Position numbers and translations under genes: made by a program. Shown here in pieces: positions 50,592 through 63,156 of a DNA stretch of 64,000 nucleotides. This DNA is from Lingula anatina (taxonomy: Eukaryota > Animalia > Brachiopoda): contig CM120646.1 of the NCBI GenBank assembly GCA_051362555.1, positions 12,338,001 to 12,402,000 on the forward strand. Reading direction: 5' to 3'. Numbering within the stretch: the stretch's first letter is position 1; each line of letters begins with the position of its first letter. The notes beneath the pieces are model-generated. The model searched no databases. It was not told the origin of the DNA and worked only from the letters and a program-made list of their open reading frames with translations.

Positions 50592-50811
50592 ATTTACCTC
50601 AGGCTCTGCCTAGGAGGTTATGGTTTGTCTGTCATCAACATAACTCAAAAGTTATGGACCGATTTTGCTGAAATTTTCAGGAACTGTCAGAAGTGGGCCA
50701 AAGAGGACAATGATTAGTTTTTGGTGGTGGTCTGGCTCAATAATCAATCAATAATAATCAACAATTGCTGCCTTGGCAGAGGTCTGCACTCTCGGAGTGC
50801 TTTTCTAGTTT
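50592..50811 (+). mobile_element. Small nested HINE-type element
   Basis: 5' ttacctc...gcctaggaggttatg and 3' ccttggcagaggt, followed by hairpin gcactctcggagtgc and ttttctagtt. Confidence 0.65.
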
Positions 50812-51671
50812 TGTTATGTTTCCTTTATAATTTTTTCTCAAACACTGCATTTGTGACTTTTAACTCTCATCCACCTGAGACTCTGCACATTTTCTGTATT
50901 TCCACATAAGCAGTTGTTTTTTATGTCTTTAAATAAACATAATAATGTAATAAAATGTAATATTATTTTATGCACTATCATCATTTTTCAAATATTGAGA
51001 CTTTCATCATGTGACTTTGGTCTCTCATGGTCCTGAAACTGTAATCTTATTTAAGGGGTGGATTGAGACCATCTTCTCAGTCCTCCGGAAGACAGTGAGG
51101 TTATTAAGTTTATATTGACTGGTATCTTTTTTTCTATTGGAAGACCATCAAAATGGAGGATGGATCAACATAGATACTTTGGAATACTGTCAGAAAATAT
51201 CTCAGGGTCCGCTCCTGTTATTGACCATGTTACCTGTTGTGCATGATTAAAATTCAATGTTGACTGATAGTGCTATAATAAGCATTATTTATTTTTGCAT
51301 CAAAATTGACAAAATGACCTTTTTTGCATCTTTATTTTCTGTTTTTTGTCTGTACATTTGACAGCTTTGCTGCCTTGTTCTTTGACACTACAACTGGAGA
51401 AATCAATCTATACATTTCAACGTCTTTGTGATAATTTACTGAAGTTGATGTTTTATACACAGTTGCAGCTAGTCTTTTCTATTGCATTTGTCTTACGTTG
51501 CTACCTCAAATGTTCATTATAAATGATACCAACCCTCACACACTGATAAATTTCAGAAAGTGAAATTGCACAGCAGGTTGCAATGTGAAGATCATGGTTC
51601 ATTAGGTCATTTACCGGACCTAAACTTCAGGATCATTGATCATGGCTTTAATAAAGAATTAATGAAGTTAA

Positions 51672-52009
51672 AGGGATAACAACTGTTCATTTTGGCCATA
51701 AAATGAATTTTCCTGGGGTAAAAAGCAGTTTTCCCATACTTACCAATGGTTAATGAATCCATTTCTACATTCAAAGTTAGTTCTTGGTTTTTTTCTAAAA
51801 AGTTTTTTTTTTTTCTGTAATAATCTCTTAAGGGATTATTATAGAGTATAGCCATCTATGGAGGTCACATGGTCAGATGGCAAGCACAGATTTCAGATGT
51901 ATTGCTGTAACTGCTGTGGTAAAATAGAATAATTTATATTATATTTCTGTGAGTTGTTCACAATGTATTAATTGTGAAATGTAGATCCCTACGAAGAGTT
52001 GTTATCCCT
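51672..52009 (-). mobile_element. TTAA-flanked MITE (Kolobok-like), copy 3
   Basis: TTAA|AGGGATAACAACT...AGTTGTTATCCCT|TTAA. Homologous to the copies at 11702 and 38457. Confidence 0.85.
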
Positions 52010-53975
52010 TTAAATTTTATGACATATTTGAACATGTTTTCTCTGGCTGTTTCATTTCCACCGTCAGGAAGAAATTCTTAGCATGTTGGCACAGCTTTTG
52101 CAGTGTTTGAGATGTTATATTGCTCAATACTATATTTTTCAGGATTCATGAATTATGGGCATTAAACTGTTGGCTCAGGTATTAACAGCTATTAACTGTA
52201 TTCTGCGGCAGAAACTTAGAAATCAGTTTGTGGTTAGTGTGGATGTTGTTCCCTGCTAAAGCAACAAAAGGATGTTGATTTTCTTTTCATATTCTATTGT
52301 AAACCAGATTTCATGGAAGTTTTTTAAAAAGTTTGCTGGAGCATAAAACTTCATTTAAATTTGATTGTTATTATCTAGACCCCTGACTTTGTTTGAGATG
52401 CTAAGATTTAGAGTTAGGATTGACACATTTAAGCATATGTTATTATTTTTGTTGCACTGGTATATTTTGTATTCAATATTATATTCTGTAGATAGATGTC
52501 AATAAGATTTATATTACTGCGTATGGATGCAAGGGTCAAACTTTATTAATTTTCGTTCATTTTCAGTAACCGGGATATATATATATATATGATGATAAAG
52601 AATATTCTTTTCTGTAGTGAATAAGAAGGCTACAGTTTGATTATGATGATAGATGAGAATTCGGAGGTGTATATAGTAAAATAACAAAAAATGAGTATGA
52701 CATAAAATAGAATATTTTGCAGCTTCCCTGTAAAAGGGATATTTCAGGTTGCCAATGTTATTGACATGGTGTATCTAGGATATGAGGCAAGGGGCTCATT
52801 CTTCTTCCCCCCCCCCCCCTTCCCATCAACAGGGGCAGATTCTTCTATTTAGAATTTGAAGAGGTGGAGGGGGTTCGGTGCTCAGCTGAATGCATCTTTG
52901 ATGCATTTTTGTGATGATTTACCAATAGTACCCCCAAGTTTTAACAAAATAAGTTGAGACTGAAAATTGGTCTTGATTTTTTTAGCCAAAATTTAGTTCC
53001 ACTTCATTTCTGGTTAAATCGTAGTTATTATTTAACACAAAGTAGCTGTTGGACTGTAGTGTCAGCTATGTCTTGACCATTATTTAACAGACACAATATT
53101 TCATATAAGTAGACTTGGTTTTGTCTAAATGTTGAGACCAACTTTTGGTGTGAACTTTACTTTGCAAAACAGGCCTCAGATAATCAAAATTGGTAATGGA
53201 ATATGTGGTCAGTATGGACACATTAGTATGGCATTGGCAACTGGTAAAATGAGTAGAATATTTAAGGTAAAAGAAATTCTTTGTTATAATTTTGAAGGCC
53301 AGTAAATTTATTGTTGTTTATTGTTATTCTTGTTGGTAATAATTTTGGGTTGCACTTGTGAGAGTTGATATTGAAATATGACTAGAGTTCGTAAATTCTT
53401 TGCAGAGATCATGTAACAGTTGATACCGTATGGAAATAAATCACAGAGTTGCTGAATGAAATTTATTGTCTTGTTAATTCTGATTTTTCTGGCAGAATAT
53501 TGTCATCTTTTCTTTTGGGGTCAATTTTTAAAAAGCTGTTGTGTAATTATTCAATTTCCTACTATTCAAAAGTGTAAAAAGGGGAAAAAGGGTTTAAAAT
53601 AATAATGAAAATAATATGAATAAAAGTGAAACACTTGAAACACAACATTTAGATTATTTAATAAATAAATTAAAACTGTCTACGAATTTCAAAACCCCAG
53701 TTATTCTAAATGTTGTATTTATTGTTTTTTATTGCAAAGAAGAAGGTTACTCATTATTCAGAATTGCCTAAGCAAAGAGAGAAAAAGGGAATGGCCGGAC
53801 TTGGAAAGCCTGAGGATTATCGAAAGTCCTTTGAACTAATCTAAGCAGGGTTTACAAATGGAAATAGATGGTCCCAGAAAAGTAATATTTTGTGATGAAG
53901 GCTGAAGATAAAAGTATGCTTGACTTACAGAGATTCAACTGAACCCAGCACAAATCAGAGTATTTTTACTTTCAG

Positions 53976-56900
53976 GGAGGGGGCAATCAAGTGGACATGT
54001 AAGCACCAGTGAAGAGGAGGAAGATGACTGCAAACTTGATGTGTTGGAGCAAAGGTTCCCCCTGCTGGAGCCAAAGTCTGAAAAGACGGAAGGAGGCTGT
54101 GGATTGCTGGAACAAACCTCCCCCTTACTGGTGCCAAAATCTGAGACCAGCAGTCTGCTCAACACCGAGTGTTGTGATGAAATGAGTCTACATCAGCCAG
54201 CACTGTTGGCAGAAAATGGTAGTGGCAGTAATGGCGACAACCAGGAGAAATCAATAATAACCCTCGCTGTAAACCAGGTTCCAGTGACTTCAACTTATTT
54301 AAGTGAAGAAACAATGGGTGATAAACGTCAGAGGACTGATGAATCTAAAAGTGAAAATTTGATGAAAAGCTTTTGCCCTAGTTTCATGAAGCCACAGTCT
54401 GTAGATGTTCCAAAAGTAGCACATTCTCCAGGCCTGCCCATTTCTGACATACCTAAAACTGTTGAAAGTGAGACTGATATGCAACAATCACAAGATGACA
54501 GTGATCAAAAGTCAAACACACTGAAGAGAAAACCAGAGACCAAAGAAATGAATTGTCAAAGTACTGAGATGACTGTAAGCTCAAAAATATTCCCAAGTAA
54601 TCTTCAAAGAAAAAACAGGACTCTATATTCATTTTTGACGACAGAGGATGACCCTAAAGAAGATAGAAGGCCTCGCATATTGAGAAAGAAGCCAAAGATA
54701 TATGTGATCCTGCATCAAAAAACTGCATTGAAACCAGATTCAATATCTCAGCCAGTGCAGTCACTATTAGTGGACAATAATTCTCCAGTCACAGTACAGG
54801 CAGTTTCAAATGATGATACCAGTTCATCTGTGGCAGCACAGGCAATTCCAGTTAGTTGTTCCAAACATGATGATGTTGGATCTGTTGAAGGGAATATGAA
54901 AATGAACAACAGTGAAACCTCACAGTCAGAGGTGACCTCAGCAGTATCGCATAACGAAATCACAAGAAGAATTAAGAAAATACTAACAGCAAAAAATGAC
55001 AAAACCAAGCTATACTTGATTTCAGACAGTGACAGTGATTTAACAAAATATGAAGTTAAAGACCCACAGATGAAAATATTGAACAGGTTCAAACCAACCA
55101 CAACTATCACAAGGGACCACAGTGGCCCAGAGCCTGATCAAACCAATCCACAGCATTTCACTTATGTAAAGAGAAATATAGAGCCCGTAAAGGACATTGG
55201 CTTTCAGCTCATGGACCAACTCCAAACTGATACAAACACCCTTGCACCTAGCAAATGCATGTCCAGACATGTCAGTCAAAGTAGAGAAGGCATCTTTCCT
55301 GAAAACAAGGAAAGCATTTCCACAGTGCAGAGGGAGGGCAGTGTAGATAAGCCAGCTCAGGAAACCCAAGGTGCTGATAAACCGGAACAGGAATCACAAG
55401 ATGTTGCAAAGTCTGAGCAGTTGGTAACCTGGAAGGCTGTGAAACAGACTACACCTTCAGGGAACAATGTAGCAGTATTGACTAAGGTTGCTTCAAGCAA
55501 CATACCCAACCAGCCGGTGCCGGTCTTACTCATACGCAATTTGCATCAGAAAGACACCCTGCCACCATCCTTCTTGACATCCACGGAGCAAACAAACCAG
55601 ACAGACACCTCCCCATTGCAAGTTTCTTTAACTGATCCCTCCAAAGATGAACCACTGCCTTTGGTGATCAGTGATGTTCGAAGCCTCTCAGGGGAAGGTC
55701 AAAAACAAGGTGTTTTGTCAAAGAGTAATCCAACAAAGGAAGAAAAGGTACTTCCAAAACATGGCCACAGTGGTGACTTAAGTGAGGCTGGAATGAAAAC
55801 AAAACCAGCAGTTTCAAGTTCTGCAACGGCTCCAAGTTTTTTAGTGCATGCAGTCAGAACAGGTGGAACTATGTCAGTTGTGAAAATTATTCCAACTACC
55901 AAAAGTGTAGTGCAATCAGCGTTTTCATGTGTTCAAAATAAAGTGGAAAATCCACCAAAGATTTGGAGTAGGGCACATCCAAGAAAAGCCAAGGAGAAGG
56001 CCATAGTTAAAATACATGAGGAAGCTCAAACTAACATAAATGAAGATTCTGGAGATGATGGATCTGAAGTAAGAGATAAGGTGAGATGGTCTAAGAGTTA
56101 GTTGTTGTTGCTATTCTTCTTTTCTGCTCATATTTTATTGTCCCTTATGATTGTTAGTCTTTTTTCCCCAGCAAAAATAACTAGGGTCTCGGGAGAGAGC
56201 TTTCAAATTTTAACGTAACTATTCAAAAAAGTTGCCCATTCATAAATACATGATTATTATATGTAGTTTTTTATATTAGAATTTAAAAATGTATATTTCA
56301 ATGACTTATGGTGACATTTATAAACTAATATTTGCTGAATAATGGTCCTTCTCACCCCCAGCCCATGCACACTGCTATAAACACTTTCATTAATTAGATG
56401 TGAACTATGTACATCACTAGTGTATGTCCTTGTAGTGTGGACAAATTCTGTGTAACTTGATTCAAACACAAATGGCTGTATGTAGGCAATTATGATGTCT
56501 TTACCTTCTTGTTTTAGTTGTTGGGCAAATTGGACAAGTCAGTACAATTTCCAGAGGATTCTGATGATTGCAGTCTTGTCAGCAAGGGTGACAGTAACAT
56601 TCATGGTCAAGGTCAGAGCACTTACTTTACCAAGGAAGGCAATGCTCTGGCAGGTAAATTACTGAAATCTGAAAAGCAACTCAAATATATAGGCACCCGC
56701 AATTTTTTTAAAGCAATGGATTCGGGGAATTCTTACCTGTTTTGTGAAATATGCGGTCGCCTCTTGACTACAACTTATAGGCATCGTTATGCACACAGAA
56801 GATTTCCAGAAATTTGCTTGTGGATTTTGGCTCCAAAGACTTGCCGCCCAGAACATAAATTTCAAATGTGTTGCTGTGGCAAGAAAAGTATTAAAATGGG

Positions 56901-59900
56901 AATAGACATGTATAAAGGACACCAGACAAATTGCCAGGCCTTTGCCTCCCGTACTTCATTGATGGCAACACAAACCATCCAGAACTTTTCATGTTGGTAT
57001 TGTCCAGCAAAATTCCCCACATTTTTGAAGGGAAAAAACCACTTGCAGGTGGCCCATGCATCACAACCCCCTATTTTGGTTGATCTGGCAGTGACAAAGT
57101 CTCAGAGCAAGTGGTTCCTGTGCCCTGGTTCAAATTGCTTTTTCATGGCACTCAGAGCACAGACAATTATGAGACATGCCAAGGCATTCCATAATTCAAC
57201 AGACATAATGTGTCATGCAGCTTTGGAGCAACTTGCCATTATGGAAGATCCATTGGAGCAAGACCAAGAAGAGGAAGAACTGCTAAATGCTGACAGGATA
57301 GAAGTGTTGATAGCTCATGAGGAAACAACCAAGGCAAAAGAAACTGAGCTGCTAAGTGAAAATGGAGGGTTTGGGAAACAGGTTGAGGAGTCATTGGCCA
57401 GTGATGGTCCAGAAAAGGGGGAACTTTCAAGCTGCAATGAGGCGACATATGCAGAGAGCTTTGAAGACTATATAGAACAGAGAAGAACATTAATGGGAAG
57501 GAACTATGGTTATTTGTGTGTGCACTGCAATTTTAACTCCATGCGAGAAATGCCAATGAAGGTTCACATTCTGGAATGTCACCCTGGCAGAGAGGTAGTC
57601 ATGGTGGATTTGCGTAGACGTCAGCGCAAGCAGTCCATGTTGGCGTATTTCTGTGAGGACAGAAATTGTGACATAGCTAGTCCTTTGATGCACTGGCATA
57701 CACCAGAAGATATTTATTTCACAAAGCCTGAAAAGAAAGCAAGACAAAATCAGTTCCTGAAACCTGACATGGAATTTAGTGATTCAGCAAATGACACTGA
57801 TTGTGATATTATTGTAAATGAGAGTTTGATAAAAATTGACCAAGACGAGGAAGATTGGAAAAGTTCTGAATCTCAAGAAATGGTGCAAGAAGATAGAAGT
57901 GAATCACAAGGGGTGCCACATATATATGAAACAACAAAGGTTCAGAGAAACTTTTTTTCAGATGAGAGACTATTACAGTCTTCTCTAGGTTATAAGTGTA
58001 AGTACTGTGATTACCAGTCCTTGCAAGGTATGGATGTCAAAATGCACATGTTGGATGTTCACATCAATTCCAACCCAGTAATGGTCAATTTGGATAGATT
58101 GCGGGGAAAATTAGCTAGTAAAATGTTTTTTTGTAAGAATAGAACCTGTGACATTTTCAACCTCAACAAGCATATTCACTCAAATGGACAGGTTATTTTC
58201 CAAAGTGTGGATATTGTTAGGAGAAACAGGACTAAAAAAGAAATAATACTCACCCAACCAAGAAGGAGAGATGACCGTGGGAATAACCTTAGACATGGCA
58301 TTGGACCTGAAAAGGGCCTTGGTGTTGAATCTGACTCAGAAACCTTAGATTCAGGTTCAAAGGATTCTTTCCAAGAGGAGCTAAGGGCTTACACAACTTT
58401 GGGTAAAAGAAAAAGAGGGGAAGATTCAAATTCAGAAGACTCATTCCACACCATGAATGAAATAAGTGCAGAACCAACTAATCCCTTCTATTCTCTTGAC
58501 TCAGCTCAAGAAATCGAGCAAGAGGGTAGACATAAATCAGAAAGGGAGGATGTGCCACATGAACATGAAGCAAAAGAGGACCAGAGAAGGTTAGGTGAAG
58601 TCGTGTCACGGTGGTCTTTAGGTTACAAGTGTTATTACTGTGATTACAAGTCTGTTCTAGGTATAGATGTCAAAAGCCACATCCTGGATACTCACTGCAA
58701 TTGGGAGCCAGTCATTGTCAATTTGGATAGACGACAGTCAAGATTAGCCAGTAAAATGTACTGTTGTGAGGACAGAGCATGTGAAATTTTAGACTTCAGC
58801 AGGCATAGTCACTTAGACAGTGGAAGGGTTGTTTTCAAGCCAGTGGATGTTAAGAAAAGAAAAAAGATTAAAAAAGAAAAAACACTTACTCAAATGAGCC
58901 TGAGGCACCTGGGGAAGGACAGTGGACACAATAAAGATCTTGATATTGAGTCTGACTCAGGAAACGTGGATTCAAGAGACCTATTCCATGCCATGAATGA
59001 AATAAGTACAGAACTACCTGTCCATACCAGGGGGAGCAGCAGTTTTAATGAACCATTGGTCTATCTTGACCATGACACCAGTGGTTCAATTTCATCTGAG
59101 ATATTGGAACATCAAATGAGATTACAGAGAAAGGAAGAAAAAGAAACAAATAAAAGTATGTCTGACTCGGACTTGGAGTCTTCCAAACCCCTACAGGAGG
59201 ACATTGACTTTGATAGCAGCGGATGCCATACATCCGAGACCACAGGAAAATATCTCGATGGTCAAGACCCTTATGAAAAGATGCTGACCCATGCTGTCTC
59301 TCCTTTGTTTCCTTCAAGTCGTAGAAAACAAACTATCTTAAGCAGACAGGAGGTTGTAGAAGAGTTTTCAGTTGAAGGTATGGAATAAGGGCAAGGTGCT
59401 TTACTCTACCTCATGTACAGTGTATTTATTTTATCACGGCAAATAGTTACATGTTGCTTCTATGTGCAATAGACTTAATTTTTACTTGTTTTATTTAAAA
59501 AAATGAATAGCCTATTAAAAATTGCCATGAAGCGTTAACATTTTACTTTTTGTATGAGGAGGGCAGAATAACTTGATAGTTTTAACTTAAAAATGTTTGA
59601 CTGAAGACTTGATTTTATCCAGTCACAGGAAGGGTGGCTCTTCTTCAACCAGAGTTTGAAGTCTATGGCAAACTTTTTCAGTAGCTTTCAGAAATCACTC
59701 CTAGATGTTGTCAGTTGTAGTGTTGAGTTTCCAATTTTTTTTATCACTTCTAGTTGAAGATGGTTCAGTCAATTTTAAGCCACGTGTCAAGCAGGCAAAA
59801 AAAGGAAGAGTTCAGCAGTGTTTTTACTGTAGAGATGGCTATATTTCTGACGACCTTGACAGTTAGTAATTTTCTTAATTATCGTACCAGATAAGTATGC

Positions 59901-60322
59901 CATCATTTTCTTTTTCATGAAATCAAATTGTTTGGGGTAAAGGAGCAGTTCAATTTGTTTTTAAAGAGTTTAAATGTGGTCAAGTAAGTCATGTGACCAA
60001 GGCAGTCATATAATCAAAGTCCTTTGAAGGATTGGATCCTCATGAAAAAAAAAGTACCTCTTAAGGAATGGTTTACTTTTTTTACATCTATAAACATGAC
60101 AATTTTTCAATAAAAAGATTTATAATTTAATTCACCATTGTTTATTTTTGTTTAGGAATGCGCATGCACTTCCAGACAGACCACAAAGGCCAGGAGTGGC
60201 TGGTCTTCGGCTGCTTAAGGTCCAATGATAAACACCAAACTTTGTATGTGTGCCCATCAATCAATTGCCCCACTATCAAGCCATCCAAAGAAGAGCTGTT
60301 AAAACACGAGGCAAGTCATTAG
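53976..60322 (+). CDS. Multi-zinc-finger protein exon block (53976-56080, 56518-59377, 59754-59861, 60156-60322); 5' exons unresolved
   Basis: Long open exons with GT-AG boundaries. Entry is phase 1 and the introns are phases 0,1,1. Repeated CxxC-x12-H-x4-H fingers are each followed by a C-x4-C module. The last exon ends in a complete C-x4-C-x12-H-x3-H finger (CPSINC...HEASH*). Confidence 0.8.
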
Positions 60323-60624
60323 TGTCATTTTCTCTTCAAAACTTTAGGTAGTCTATGCACAAGTGGACTTGGTCATAATAAAAGAAAATGGCCCAAAAAA
60401 CTACTACATTACCTTATAAGTGTCAATATCTCTATAGACCTATTGATTTGCCATTTTTGTGATTATTTAAAAAGAATTAGTTTAATGAAATCTTCTTTTC
60501 AAATGCATAAAGGTACAGTACAATGAGCTAACAAGAAAAACACATAACACATTACAGTTGGCCAACAGTGTTATGCCCCCTAGTAAAAGAATGTGTACAG
60601 GGGAGGATCCAGGATAATTCTCAC

Positions 60625-60995
60625 GCAGAACATTCCTACCAGTGTTGTCCTATATTTTTCAGGCAGAACATTCCTACCAGTGGTATCCTATGTTTTTCAG
60701 GCAGAACATTCCTACAGGTGTTATCCTATGTTTTTCAGACACAACATTCCTACCAGTGTTATCCTATGTTTATTTCAGGCGGAACATTCGTACCAGTGTT
60801 ATCCTATGTTTTTCAGGTAGACCATTCCTACCAATGTTATCCTATGTTTTTCAGGCAGACCATTCCTACCAATGTTATCCTATGTTTTTCAGGCAGAACA
60901 TTCCTACCAGTGTTATCCTATGTTTTTCAGGCAGAACATTCCTACTAGTGTTATCCTATATTTTTCAGGCAGAACATTCCTACCAGTGTTATCCT
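60625..60995 (+). repeat. Minisatellite, 38-bp unit (aggcagaacattcctaccagtgttatcctatgtttttc), ~10 copies
   Basis: The unit recurs with period 38 (e.g. 60661, 60699) and has no unique spacers. Confidence 0.95.
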
Positions 60996-61420
60996 GGGAT
61001 TGGGTACAAGAAACCCTCTTATTCATGTCAGTTTGAGTGTGCAAATTTAAAAGGTGAGAAAAGAATAACACAAACATACACAGTGTATGCAGGGGAGGAT
61101 TCAGAGATATTTTCTGAGTCTTTCAACTTATCTTTGTTGATTCATCCTCCATTTTTGAATGTCTTCAGACAGAAAAAATTAGATGCCAGTCAATGTAAAC
61201 TTGAAAAATTCTGACTGTCTTCCAGATAACTCAGAAGATGGCCCCCATCTGCCCTTGGCATGCATCCATATATGCAGTTTTTATTGAATAATTAAGGATA
61301 CACGTACATAAACATTTAGGCAGACTGCCTGACAGACAGACACACAGAGAGACAAACAAGCTAAGACAGACACATGGACAAACAATTCCAATTAACAAAA
61401 AAATTTTATGGCCCTTTCAG

Positions 61421-61635
61421 ATATGAGAATGCACATTGAGGCTTGTCATAGAAGCGAAGTGTTCAAAGTCTTCAGGGATAAATTGCGTGCCCAGAGGAAA
61501 CAAATGGCAAAGGTTTTTGTGTGTTTGCTTCCAGAATGCGAGCTTCTCATGATGACAGAGGATTTGTTCCTTGAACATAAGGTGAGCTGTGGAATAGATT
61601 CTCACAATAATTTGAAAAAAAAATTGAAGAAGTGA
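61421..61635 (+). CDS. Alternative (paralogous) zinc-finger exon B of the zinc-finger block
   Basis: Acceptor ccctttcag, phase 1 matching the donor at 59861. Translates MRMHIEACH...RAQRKQMAKVFVCLLPECELLMMTEDLFLEHKVSC, parallel to exon 60156 (MRMHFQTDH...YVCPSINC...HEASH). Possible internal donor AAG|GTGAGC after 61581. Confidence 0.65.
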
Positions 61636-63107
61636 AAAAAACTTATTTTTCGAGTCAGGATGTCTTTATAGGTGATTACCTTAAGGAGTTTCAGGCTTTC
61701 AAAGAATTAAAGAATGTTAGAACGAAAGATCTTATGCAAAGTTTAAATTTTTATGAAAAATATTTTGTGTTAACATAAATGTTATTACAATATTAATTCA
61801 ATAATTTAAGCAATACATATTATTATTATTATTATTATTATAAACAGCGGATGAGGGGGAGTGGCTTGGAGTGAGGAGCTGACAAAATCAGTTCATACTG
61901 ACAGTTATCAGTCCTCAGTCCCTGATGAAGGCAGGCTAAGTAGTTGGAATATTGGCTAGTTAGAGCATCAGTTTATTTTACAAGCTATTTGCATGTGAAA
62001 GTATTAGCTGATGATACTTTTCAACATATATCATACTTTAAAAATTTCACTACATTCTTCATTTTCCAGGAAGCTGCCCATACCTGAGTCTGGATAGGCT
62101 TTGGTGAGTTCTAATAACCTGTTGATAATTTTGCTTTCCCAGTGTGTGTGTGTGTGAGAGAGAGAGAGAGATAGAGAGAGAGACTATTTCCCTCCCTTTG
62201 CTGGGCAGGTTTAAAGTAGTACCAGATGAGGACAATTTTACTATCATGTATGTACTAGTAGGGCACAGAGATTGGAAAATTACACAATCGAAGTTGGTGG
62301 GGTTATTTATTTATTTGTACTGGCATTCGCATTCTTGTAGAATTATTACAGTAAATTTTATTTTTTTGTTCCAGGATGGCTTACAAAATATGTCTGAAGT
62401 TTTCCAAGGCTGGCAGTTACAGAAAACTCCTGTATAACTTTGTGCCAGGAAAAGGTGCAATAGTTACAGACATTTGCATTTCTGAACACATTACTAATTA
62501 AAGTGAAATCAAATTGAAAAGTTAGTTAACAAACCCATCATCCCTTTTTTGATGAAATCAAATTTTTTTACCTTCATTTTTTAATGGGACTGGTAAATGG
62601 GAGAAATTTACAGTTGACATGAAATAAAAATGCATAACAGTAAATTTATTTTAATGCTCTTAAATCACTCACCATGTGGGTTTACATTTCCTTCCATGTA
62701 AAAAAAAAAAAGACAGGTTCTACAACTTTGCTGCTATGCACATTAAACACATTTGCATAGTAAAAACAGATTCATTTTGTTAACCACTGTTTACAGAGAA
62801 TCGCTGCTTATAAGCCAACTTATCAATTTTGTCTGGGCTAAGGGGTAATTTTATCTTAGGTAAGGCAAACAACAGAAAGATCCTATTTTAAATCTCACGT
62901 GGAAAAGACATTGAAATAGGGCAAAGGCCTGCAATGTTTTAAATGAGACAAAGTCTGATGACTGTGATAGGGAGAAAAGTTGCAAGTTCCAAATATGTTC
63001 AAAATGTTCCAATCACAACATTAATTTTCGTAACTTCATAGAAGTATATACAGGAATGGTAGTAACAAATTTTTGGGTTAGACGCAACAATGATTTATTC
63101 TGACATA

Positions 63108-63109
<2 letters not shown>

Positions 63110-63153
<44 letters not shown>
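63110..63153. repeat. (TTA)n microsatellite
   Basis: Direct observation. Confidence 0.9.

Positions 63154-63156
<3 letters not shown>

Larger units (their letters stand above)
47779..51379 (+). mobile_element. ~3.6-kb Helentron-associated non-autonomous element (HINE/DINE-1/pearl-like) carrying two tandem arrays
   Basis: 5' hairpin tatgtacagacaca-ga-tgtgtctgtacata (47785-47814), then a (gccgtt)n microsatellite and tandem cores. The 3' end has subTIR tgtctgtacat (51347-51357), palindrome gacagctttgctgcc and ttgtt. Confidence 0.7.

Noticed and set aside
60625-60995. CRISPR-like array and the ORFs at 60568, 60593 and 60642
   Set aside because: Head-to-tail 38-bp units without unique spacers, in eukaryotic DNA with no cas genes. 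The ORFs simply read through the repeat.
62375-62437. Possible terminal exon (DGLQNMSEVFQGWQLQKTPV*) after exon B
   Set aside because: It has a good acceptor and phase 0, but it supplies no final zinc ligand whereas read-through of exon B does. Too weak to call.
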